A DNA stretch of 32,000 bases, taken from assembly GCF_000025925.1 (NCBI RefSeq), contig NC_014033.1, positions 2,640,001-2,672,000 on the forward strand, given 5' to 3'. Shown one piece after another: positions 17,996-26,085 of this stretch. How positions within the stretch are numbered: the stretch's first letter is position 1; each line of letters begins with the position of its first letter. The translations under genes and the position numbers were made by a program. The notes beneath the pieces were generated by a model. The model worked only from the letters and a program-made list of their open reading frames with translations, searched no databases and was not told where the DNA came from. The stretch comes from Xylanibacter ruminicola 23 (GTDB lineage Bacteria > Bacteroidota > Bacteroidia > Bacteroidales > Bacteroidaceae).

Positions 17996-19398
17996 AGAAC
18001 CTATACTATAAATATTACCCTACAGCCGCAATTATTCTCTGCGCCATTATCATCTGGTGTTTCTTTCAGTTCTGGTATCCCTATCACTTCTTTTTCCAAG
18101 AGCAGAACCAGATATTCCTTTGGTCGTGGGATTATATCTCCACCTATACTGATAAGTCAGGTGGATTGGCAGGTCTTGTGGGTGATTTCCTCACGCAGTT
18201 CTATTACTACCTGTTTGCAGGCTCCACAATCCTCACGGTTTGTCTGCTCATCATAGCTGGCTTGCTTTACCAGTCGCTTATCCACTTCAAGGTCAGCAAA
18301 ATTGTGACCCTTGCATTGACACTGTTTGTGATGGTGTTCGTGGCCGTATGCCATTTCAGCACCAGCTATCGCCTCTCATCTACAATCTCTATCATGGGAT
18401 GGCTGCTCTTATTATGGGGGGTATCAAGCATCCGAAAAAACGCCCTGAAGCTGTCGGTATTAGCTTGTGGCCTGCTCCCCTGTTATCTGCTATTTGGCAG
18501 TCCTGTCATCAAGCAATTGCAGATGCCAGATCTGGTTTTAGAGAAGGATTTTGCTGTCGACTGCGAATACCACTTTGGCCATTACGATAAAGTGATACAG
18601 ATGGTAGAAGGTCAGGACCGATGGACCGACCAGATGGTGTTCTTCTACAACCTGGCACAGGCACAACGCGGTAAGCTGCCCGACCACCTACTCAAGTTCA
18701 CTCCTACCCAGTTGGGAACCTTCTACAAGATTGGTCCCGAAACGCCAATGCTGATTATCCGTAACATGAACGAGCTGTATTGGGCCTTAGGCGATATGAC
18801 CTTTACCGAGCGTGCAGCCATGATGACGAACGTGTTCTCGCACAACAACCGTAACGTGCGAATGATGCAACGTTTGGCCGAGTGTAATTACGTGAGTGGT
18901 GATTCGTTAGCAGCCGAGAAATACCTGCGTATCCTCGACAAGACATTGGTATATGACCGTTGGGCCGACAATGTCCGCAAGAATGGCAAAACCATCTATC
19001 AGCAGAAGATGCAGATGGTAAATCGCCACGACACCATATCGACAACCGACAATGCCCACCTGCTCATGATGCAGTTGCTCAATGCCAATCCGAACAACAC
19101 CATAGCCTTGGATTACATTCTGTGCAGCACACTGGTATTAAAGGATATTGCCAGCTTCAAGCGCGATTACGACCGCTATTGCATCGACACCAACAACCCA
19201 CGATTAAAGACACTCTACCAGGAGGCACTTTGCATTTGGCTGGCTGGTACCGACGCACCACAACAAGAGTGGGAGAAATACATCAAGCGCGGCGATGTCT
19301 TCCAGCGTTTTCAACAGTATAACCAACAACGTGGTAATGCCAATTTCAAGGACACCTATTGGTATTACTTTGATAAGATAAAAGCACCTGAAATATGA
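17992..19398 (+). CDS. polytopic membrane protein with C-terminal helical-repeat domain, paralog 1 (short form; resembles uncharacterised family DUF6057, unverified)
   Basis: About 5 hydrophobic helices. Shared N-terminal signature FWYPYHFFFQEQNQIFLWSWDY...GGLAGLVGDFLTQFYY and C-terminal AEKYLRILDKTLVYDRWA. ATGA overlaps with both neighbours. Confidence 0.8.
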   Translation: MKNLYYKYYPTAAIILCAIIIWCFFQFWYPYHFFFQEQNQIFLWSWDYISTYTDKSGGLAGLVGDFLTQFYYYLFAGSTILTVCLLIIAGLLYQSLIHFKVSKIVTLALTLFVMVFVAVCHFSTSYRLSSTISIMGWLLLLWGVSSIRKNALKLSVLACGLLPCYLLFGSPVIKQLQMPDLVLEKDFAVDCEYHFGHYDKVIQMVEGQDRWTDQMVFFYNLAQAQRGKLPDHLLKFTPTQLGTFYKIGPETPMLIIRNMNELYWALGDMTFTERAAMMTNVFSHNNRNVRMMQRLAECNYVSGDSLAAEKYLRILDKTLVYDRWADNVRKNGKTIYQQKMQMVNRHDTISTTDNAHLLMMQLLNANPNNTIALDYILCSTLVLKDIASFKRDYDRYCIDTNNPRLKTLYQEALCIWLAGTDAPQQEWEKYIKRGDVFQRFQQYNQQRGNANFKDTYWYYFDKIKAPEI

Positions 19399-20801
19399 AA
19401 AAATTACTTAACCTACTCACTATACTGATAGTACTTACCTCTTGTACACCCACCCCTGAGAATGTACAGGAGAGCAACACTCTACCACCTATTTATCCCG
19501 ACTACTGTGATGTAACTATTCCACAGAATATAGCCCCGCTCAACTTTCTGCTGCGTGCCGATTGTGAAGCCATCGAGGTAAAGGCTAGCGACATCACCAT
19601 CAACACCCGTGGCAACGAGGCCGTATTCGACATCGACGATTGGAAGGCCCTGTTGCAACAATCTGCTGATAAGAGCATAGAAGTGAATGTCAGTGCCCTT
19701 ATCAACGGGCAGTGGACGGCCTACAGGCCCTTCACCTGGCAGGTAGTAAGCGACAAGGTGGATCCCTATCTCACCTACCGTCTCATTGAGCCCGATTACG
19801 AGATATGGAACAACGTACAGATTCAGCAACGCTGTGTAGAGAACTTCGACGTAAACGCCTTAGGACATTACGAGAAGTTGGAAAACCGCTGCATGAACTG
19901 CCACACGTTTGCCAACCAGAACCCACAGCTATCCATGATGTACGTTCGTGGTCCTGGCGGCGGTGCCATCCTGAATGAGAACGGCATACTCAGCAAGCTG
20001 AACATCCCTGGCAGTGTTTACTTCGGATTCAGTCCCACTGGCCGCTATATCACCTATTCTACCCAGAAGATTATTCCCGCTTTCCATAGCGACCCCAGCA
20101 AGCGATTAGAAGTGTACGATTCGGAGTCGAATGTATGCGTGGCCGATATGCAGGAGCATCGTATCTTTACCTCACCATTGCTTTCCGACAGTCTGAAGTT
20201 CGAGACATTCCCTACCTTCTCGCCCGATGGCAAGTACATCTACTACTGTGCGGCCGATAGTGTGAGTCTGCCTCACGACATCAAACAGTTGCAATACAGT
20301 TTGGTGCGCATCGCCTTTGACGAGAAAACGGGCACCATCGGCACTCAGGTAGATACACTCTACCATCAGCGCAGTGTATGCCATCCACGTGTCAGCCCCG
20401 ACGGTCAATACATTCTTTATACCGTAGCCGACTACGGCACCTTCCCCATCTGGCATCCAGAGGCCGATTTGCAGATGATGAACCTGCAAACGGGTAAGAT
20501 TGATACACTTAGCATCGTGAATAGTGCCAAGAGCGATACTTATCACTCTTGGAGCAGCAATAGCCGCTGGTTTGTGTTTGCCTCGAAACGCGACGACGGT
20601 CTGTATGGCAAACCCTACTTCTGCTATATTGACAAGCATGGTAAAGCCCACAAGCCTTTCTGCCTGCCACAGGCACATCCTTCGTTCTACGACAACAATC
20701 TGAAGTCGTTCAATGCGCCAGAGCTAGGTAAAGGCAAGGTGCCGTTCGATGTTGAAGATGTGGCCAAAGCAATGAAAAAAGAATCCGTGACCTTTAAATA
20801 G
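19395..20801 (+). CDS. lipoprotein with CxxCH motif and PD40/TolB-like beta-propeller repeats, paralog 1
   Basis: Lipobox LTSC, LPPIYPDYCDVTIPQNIAPLNF, CMNCH (19890-19904), PD40 repeats FSPDGKYIYY and VSPDGQYILY. Confidence 0.85.
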   Translation: MKKLLNLLTILIVLTSCTPTPENVQESNTLPPIYPDYCDVTIPQNIAPLNFLLRADCEAIEVKASDITINTRGNEAVFDIDDWKALLQQSADKSIEVNVSALINGQWTAYRPFTWQVVSDKVDPYLTYRLIEPDYEIWNNVQIQQRCVENFDVNALGHYEKLENRCMNCHTFANQNPQLSMMYVRGPGGGAILNENGILSKLNIPGSVYFGFSPTGRYITYSTQKIIPAFHSDPSKRLEVYDSESNVCVADMQEHRIFTSPLLSDSLKFETFPTFSPDGKYIYYCAADSVSLPHDIKQLQYSLVRIAFDEKTGTIGTQVDTLYHQRSVCHPRVSPDGQYILYTVADYGTFPIWHPEADLQMMNLQTGKIDTLSIVNSAKSDTYHSWSSNSRWFVFASKRDDGLYGKPYFCYIDKHGKAHKPFCLPQAHPSFYDNNLKSFNAPELGKGKVPFDVEDVAKAMKKESVTFK

Positions 20802-20817
20802 TCACGGATTCTTTTTT
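20775..20817. terminator. bidirectional intrinsic terminator shared by the convergent module operons
   Basis: A6 (20775-20780), GAATCCGTGAC (20781-20791), 9-nt loop, GTCACGGATTC (20801-20811), T6 (20812-20817). It overlaps the last codons of the + gene and the stop codon of the - gene. Confidence 0.8.
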
Positions 20818-22285
20818 ATTTCACCTTCGTTTCAACACGTTGATCGGAAGCTATTTCACGACCGGCATTGTAAGCGTCGAAAACAACTTTTGTTTTGGTA
20901 AAGTCGGGTACGTTAAACGAGAAAATACTTTCCTCGTAGTACTCTTTCGGATGTCGCTGAGGCAACAGGAATGGTTTTGAGAAGTGTCCTTTGTCATCCA
21001 CACAAGCCAGATAGAGATGACTATAAAGTCCATCGCCACGGCGACTGGTAAAGACAATCCAGTGCGAGTTTACATTCCAGTTGTGATAGCTGTCGGCCTT
21101 CTCGCTGTTTATCTCCTTCAACTCGCGCGCTTCACCCGTTTGCAAGTTCAGCAGCCACTGGTTACTCTCCTGGTGCCAGATTGAGAAGTAGCCGTAATCC
21201 ATCAGCGTAAACAGGATGTACTTGCCATCGTACGACGGACGGGGCCAAGTCAGACTCTTACCCATCGCCACCGCATTAAAGATGGTATCCACCTTCTCGC
21301 CGTATTTACCTGTAGCGGGGTCGAATGCAATCTTACACAGGTTGTACTTCTCGTCCTTATAATGCATAGGGTACTCCTGCTGCTTGCAAGTCATGTAATA
21401 CAAGGTTTTACCATCAGGCGAGAATACAGGTGAGTTCTCACTCCAATCGGGTGTCGATAGCAGCGAGTCCTTAATAATCTCATGAGTAGCGGGATTATAC
21501 ACAAATACATCGCTCGACAAGTCGAACACCTCAATACGTTCATGAGCAACCATATGGAATCCCTGACGCGTCTGGTTAGTAGAGAAAGCACAGTATTTGC
21601 CACTGGGGTGCCAGTAAGGATACACCATCGAACCACCTAACTGCTCGTTGCTGGCCTTCAGCCATTCACGCTGACCATCTATCTGGAACATGGTTGCACC
21701 ATGATCGCCACGAACATGAAACACAAATTTGGATGGATCTGTTTGGCGCGCCGAATGACAGTTCACACACATACCAGGCACCTGAGTATTCTCGATAATG
21801 GGATACTCATCGAATGTAGCCAGGTCGCGCTGATAGAGTCCCATCTTACTGAACACCTCGTAGCCTGGGGCTATACGACGATAAGTCAGTCCCCATTCAT
21901 CAAGTGCATAGGTACTTACGTTTACCGTAAAGTTGTTATACTGCTGCCACTGACCGTCCTTTCTGGTACAAACTGTAAACGTCAGTTGTCCGCCTTTGTT
22001 CTGCTGGGTCAGCTCATGCCAGTCGGCAATATCAAAGTCGGCATAATCGCCCTGCACGCGCAGCTCGCCCCCCTTACTGCCTTTTACCACCACATCCACA
22101 CAGTCGGCATCAGGACAATCAAAATTCAGGGGCGCCATCTCTGCAGGAATGGTGACACCGATATAATCAGGGTAGATATTGGGCAGTTGATCAACCTTCG
22201 ATACATTCTCAGGAGTTGAGTTACAACTGGTCATCAGCCAACACCCAACACTAATCACCCAACACCAAATAGTATTCTTCTTCAT
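20816..22285 (-). CDS. lipoprotein with CxxCH motif and PD40/TolB-like beta-propeller repeats, paralog 2
   Basis: The start is set at MKKNTIW (22285), which gives an ATGA overlap with the upstream stop; the ORF-track Met at 22309 would add 8 aa. Lipobox LMTSC, CVNCH (21755-21769), FSPDGKTLYY, SYDGKYILF. Confidence 0.85.
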   Translation of the reverse strand: MKKNTIWCWVISVGCWLMTSCNSTPENVSKVDQLPNIYPDYIGVTIPAEMAPLNFDCPDADCVDVVVKGSKGGELRVQGDYADFDIADWHELTQQNKGGQLTFTVCTRKDGQWQQYNNFTVNVSTYALDEWGLTYRRIAPGYEVFSKMGLYQRDLATFDEYPIIENTQVPGMCVNCHSARQTDPSKFVFHVRGDHGATMFQIDGQREWLKASNEQLGGSMVYPYWHPSGKYCAFSTNQTRQGFHMVAHERIEVFDLSSDVFVYNPATHEIIKDSLLSTPDWSENSPVFSPDGKTLYYMTCKQQEYPMHYKDEKYNLCKIAFDPATGKYGEKVDTIFNAVAMGKSLTWPRPSYDGKYILFTLMDYGYFSIWHQESNQWLLNLQTGEARELKEINSEKADSYHNWNVNSHWIVFTSRRGDGLYSHLYLACVDDKGHFSKPFLLPQRHPKEYYEESIFSFNVPDFTKTKVVFDAYNAGREIASDQRVETKVK

Positions 22286-23958
22286 TTTCCAACCATTAAA
22301 TAATACCAAAGTGTATTCTTGAACTTAGCCAACTCAGGGGCCTGCTGATTGGCAGAATAGATACTTGCGAACTCATTCATTTGCTGCAGCATAAACTGAC
22401 TCAAGATGCCCTGTGGCGGCTGTTGCCTCTTCTGCATAAAGGCCAAGGCAATACCCTCCTGAATATGGCGGGGATTATACTGTACTCTACTCTGGACTAC
22501 AGGCGCATACTGCATAAAACGGGCGATATCCTTATCCATCAGCGGCATCATCAGCAGATACTGTGCAGCCACCATGTTGCTGGTGTTATGCATAAACAGC
22601 AGTCCACAGATTTTATCCAGTTCCCTATCGCTGAACAAGATGTCGTCCTGCAAGCGATACTGACGCAGTGTACCATACAGTGGGTGCTCGTTAATGGCCT
22701 TCTCGTCACCCAACATAGCTAACGTACGCTGTGCCCAAGGGCGGTAGAACACGGTTTTCTCCAACATCTTCAGATATTTCTCGGCCACCTTGTACTCACC
22801 GTTTATCAGATTGGTCTCAGCCAATCGCTTCACCACACGTGCACTCTTATTATAGTTAGGAATAGCCTCCATCGCCTCGAAAGCCAGTCGCTGGGCGGTA
22901 TTCACCAATCCCAAATTAAAATAGATTTCCCCAGTCAACTGCGTCGTAGCAAAATTACGCTCAAACTTAGGCAGTAAGCCCTCCGAACCACGCTGGAAAA
23001 AGTCGAAAGCCTTATCGCCAAGCTGGTTTGTCATTGCCAGTGCCAAATTAGTGGCACTCACGCTCATCGGCAAATCAGGCGTCTTTTTCTCGGCCTTGGC
23101 GATAATATCGTTCCAATCACCTATACGCACCAGATAGTCGTACTCCATCAGTTCGTATTTCTTAGCATCAAAACCAAATTGCTGGGGTACCACAACCAAT
23201 ACAGCTAACAACAAAGCCTCACCAGTCAGCACCCATGTCTTTGGTTCAGGCAAACGCTTGGTCAGCCATCCTAACAACAGCACCACCACTGGAATTGCCA
23301 TCAGTACGTAGGGCAATGTCACTGGGATACGGTAGTAACTGATGCCTAGCATCACCCTCATCATTGGGAATGGCAGATAGTGCGCACTCAGCAACATCAA
23401 GGCCAATGCGTAAATGACAGATAGTGGCATCATCCATACAGCCACCATCAGCACCAGCGGACCTATCAGCCAATAAAGAATGGGGATCAAGATTACCACA
23501 GCCACCACCTTGGCCACTATGTTTTGTGGTGCCAGCTTTGTCCATGCAATCATCACAGCCAAGGCCATTACCAGTGCCACAGCATACGTCAGCATCACAC
23601 TCTCGTCGCCCATGGCAAACCATAGCATGGCTACTGGCATAAAGCTCAGTATGTAATGACTCTTCACCTTCATCAATCGCCACGTAAGGCGTTGTATCAG
23701 CATATACAGCACGGCTATGATGGCTGCACCTATGGCAACACCATTGTAGAATTGCACCAGGAACTCAGCCACGTATCGTGCCAAGCCACCAGGCTCCGAC
23801 AGACGATCTATAAAGTAGTCGCCATCAAACAAGAACAGTTGTAACTGCTCCTGATAGGTAAGCGCAAAGGGATAGCGGTAGCTCCAGAACAGGAATACCG
23901 ACACGCCTACCACCAGCGTTACAAGCCACGCCCACTGTTTATTGCTTAATTTCTTCAT
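22282..23958 (-). CDS. polytopic membrane protein with C-terminal helical-repeat domain, paralog 2
   Basis: The start is set at MKKLSNKQ (23958) because it aligns residue-for-residue with the paralog 3 N-terminus (FLFW at residue 22 in both). Signature YPFALTYQEQLQLFLFDGDY...GGLARYVAEFLVQFY. About 9-10 hydrophobic helices. Confidence 0.8.
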   Translation of the reverse strand: MKKLSNKQWAWLVTLVVGVSVFLFWSYRYPFALTYQEQLQLFLFDGDYFIDRLSEPGGLARYVAEFLVQFYNGVAIGAAIIAVLYMLIQRLTWRLMKVKSHYILSFMPVAMLWFAMGDESVMLTYAVALVMALAVMIAWTKLAPQNIVAKVVAVVILIPILYWLIGPLVLMVAVWMMPLSVIYALALMLLSAHYLPFPMMRVMLGISYYRIPVTLPYVLMAIPVVVLLLGWLTKRLPEPKTWVLTGEALLLAVLVVVPQQFGFDAKKYELMEYDYLVRIGDWNDIIAKAEKKTPDLPMSVSATNLALAMTNQLGDKAFDFFQRGSEGLLPKFERNFATTQLTGEIYFNLGLVNTAQRLAFEAMEAIPNYNKSARVVKRLAETNLINGEYKVAEKYLKMLEKTVFYRPWAQRTLAMLGDEKAINEHPLYGTLRQYRLQDDILFSDRELDKICGLLFMHNTSNMVAAQYLLMMPLMDKDIARFMQYAPVVQSRVQYNPRHIQEGIALAFMQKRQQPPQGILSQFMLQQMNEFASIYSANQQAPELAKFKNTLWYYLMVGK

Positions 23959-24595
23959 GTGTATCGGCATTCATCGTTACCACACGTCCATCAGGATACT
24001 TACGCTGATAGGTTAAGGGGAACATATCCTTCAGGAAATCATGCAGCACACCCTCCTTCATGTTCTTAGCCATCTGACGGGTATAGTTTTTATATACCAG
24101 ATGGAAACTGTCGGCACGCTGTGCAATGTACTTAGCCTGCACGCTGTCACCTTTCGACTGCAGCTCGGCCACATACCTGCGCATCTTCATCAGCTCGCGG
24201 TTATGCATCTCGGTACGCACCTTCCATTTCTCCAACGAGTCGTTCTGAGGAGTACCAGTAGCATGACTCACACTATCAATGATAACCTTCACATCACCGG
24301 GCTCGCCTATCACCAAGAGCGACTGAACACCCATTCGGAAACGCAAATCAACCAATATCTTATACAACTTCGACGAGTCGGTAGTAAGCTCAAACTTACC
24401 ATCCTTAATCTCCACACTATCCACCGTATTAGCATTCTTCTCACCATAGAAGGGTACCAAGAAGATGCGTTTGCCCTCAAACTTCTCGTCGGGCACTACA
24501 CCGTGAATTCTACATTCATTTGCATTCTTGGGCTGACAGCTATAAAACATTGTCATAGCTGTAGCTGCCATAAAACATAAAAGAATCTTTTTCAT
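23939..24595 (-). CDS. lipoprotein with DUF4369-like N-terminal domain and no thioredoxin domain
   Basis: Lipobox MFYSC. IHGVVPDEKFEGKRIFLVPF...DSVEIKDGKFELTTD resembles the beta-sandwich that precedes TlpA-like thioredoxins in Bacteroidota. No CxxC is present. The C-terminal half is helical. Confidence 0.65.
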   Translation of the reverse strand: MKKILLCFMAATAMTMFYSCQPKNANECRIHGVVPDEKFEGKRIFLVPFYGEKNANTVDSVEIKDGKFELTTDSSKLYKILVDLRFRMGVQSLLVIGEPGDVKVIIDSVSHATGTPQNDSLEKWKVRTEMHNRELMKMRRYVAELQSKGDSVQAKYIAQRADSFHLVYKNYTRQMAKNMKEGVLHDFLKDMFPLTYQRKYPDGRVVTMNADTHEEIKQ

Positions 24596-24597
24596 TG

Positions 24598-26085
24598 TTA
24601 TCTAATTTTTACTTGTATTCGTTGATTGTCAAAAACATGCTTGTTGATCTCGCGAGCATCCACATTAACTTTACCCTCGGTAAAATCTATGCAGTTATAC
24701 GAGTCCATCTCTTCAAGATAGTATTTACGTGGATTACGCTGAGGCAACAGGAATGGTTTTCCTGCACGTCCCTTATCATCGATAAAGGCGATATACGGCA
24801 TGCTATACACACCATTTTCTCTACGACTAGAGAAAACAAACCAGTGACTGTTCAAACTCCAATTATGGAAACTCTCAGTATCATCACTATTCGCACCTGA
24901 CAACGGATGTGTCTCGCCTGTCTGTAGGTTCATCAACCAAAGATCCGCCTCAGGATGGTTCACAGGGAAGTTACCGCAGTTGGTAACATTAAACATCAAC
25001 CACTTGCCATCGTACGATGCACGTGGATAAGTAAAGCTCTTATCCCATTCACGGGCATTCAACAACGTATCCACATGGTCGCCATAGGTGCCTGTTTTAG
25101 CATCGAACGCGATTTTACACAAACTGTATTTCACCTTATCCCATTCTGCTGGTACACGGTATGGCTTGGCTGTACAATAGAACAAGGTCTTTCCATCAGC
25201 CGAGAAAGCAGGATAGGTTTCCCAATCGTCGGTCTGCAACAGTGGGCAAAGCACTAATTCGTTAGTACGGGTATCAAGCACCAGTACATTGCTAAAGGTG
25301 TCGTATACCTCAATACGCTGTCCAGTTCCGACAAAGAAGCTCTGGTGGATAGAGTTAGTTGAGAAAGCACAATAGTCTCCATCGGGATGCCAATAAGAAT
25401 AACTGGTATTGGCCACGGTACTATCGGTTTTGGTTGTCAGATATGATTGTTTACCATCTTTGTATATCAAGGTTCCGCCATGTTCACCTCGAATCTGCAT
25501 ATTAAAGGTGTTTGGATTAGCATGGTTAGCCACATGGCAGTTCATACACTGACCAGGTAGCACACTCTCGGCCAAAATAGCCGACTCATCGAAACTATGT
25601 ATGTCACGCTGATAGATACCAATGTCGCCCCCCACCTCATAACCTGGTGCGATACGGCGATAGGTAACACCATACTCATCAAGACGATGCTTACTGACAA
25701 CCATTTTAAAGTCCTGATACTGCAGCCACTGGCCGTTCTTTTTCACACATACAGTAAACACCAGTTCGCCACCGGCGTTCTGTTCTGTCAGTTCATGCCA
25801 GTCGTCCATATTAAAATCAGCCCAGTCGCCGTTGGCATGCAGTTCACCACCCTTCGACCCTTTCACCACGACATCCATACAGTCGATATCCTCTTCTGCA
25901 AAATTAAAATCCATGGGAGCAATATTCGCAGGAATCGTTACCCCGATGTAGTCGGGATAAATAGCAGGCAACTTATTCACCAAGGTAGGGTTGGTGGGAC
26001 TTTCACTGCACGACGAGCCTGCCATTGCTAACAGCCAGCAACAAACGGCCAACAGTTGATATCTGATATTAATGCGCTTCATCAT
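24598..26085 (-). CDS. lipoprotein with CxxCH motif and PD40/TolB-like beta-propeller repeats, paralog 3
   Basis: Lipobox AGSSC, LPAIYPDYIGVTIPANIAPMDF, CMNCH (25534-25548), FSADGKTLFY, SYDGKWLMF. The start is 26085 or 26082 (MMKR/MKR), overlapping the upstream stop by 17 or 14 nt. Confidence 0.85.
   Translation of the reverse strand: MMKRINIRYQLLAVCCWLLAMAGSSCSESPTNPTLVNKLPAIYPDYIGVTIPANIAPMDFNFAEEDIDCMDVVVKGSKGGELHANGDWADFNMDDWHELTEQNAGGELVFTVCVKKNGQWLQYQDFKMVVSKHRLDEYGVTYRRIAPGYEVGGDIGIYQRDIHSFDESAILAESVLPGQCMNCHVANHANPNTFNMQIRGEHGGTLIYKDGKQSYLTTKTDSTVANTSYSYWHPDGDYCAFSTNSIHQSFFVGTGQRIEVYDTFSNVLVLDTRTNELVLCPLLQTDDWETYPAFSADGKTLFYCTAKPYRVPAEWDKVKYSLCKIAFDAKTGTYGDHVDTLLNAREWDKSFTYPRASYDGKWLMFNVTNCGNFPVNHPEADLWLMNLQTGETHPLSGANSDDTESFHNWSLNSHWFVFSSRRENGVYSMPYIAFIDDKGRAGKPFLLPQRNPRKYYLEEMDSYNCIDFTEGKVNVDAREINKHVFDNQRIQVKIR

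Noticed and set aside
22286-22309. Eight-codon extension (MVLFNGWK) of lipoprotein paralog 2. Similarly, the four-codon extension MPIH of membrane paralog 2 (23959-23970).
   Set aside because: The downstream Mets give a standard MKK signal-peptide start, an ATGA overlap like copy 1, and exact N-terminal length agreement with paralog 3.
20172-24580. Several long antisense ORFs inside the module genes (20172-20678, 21701-22219, 23246-23683, 24041-24580).
   Set aside because: Each is the reverse-frame shadow of a CDS that has paralog support. The sequences are His/Gln/Leu-rich nonsense-like, and none is conserved between the paralogous copies.
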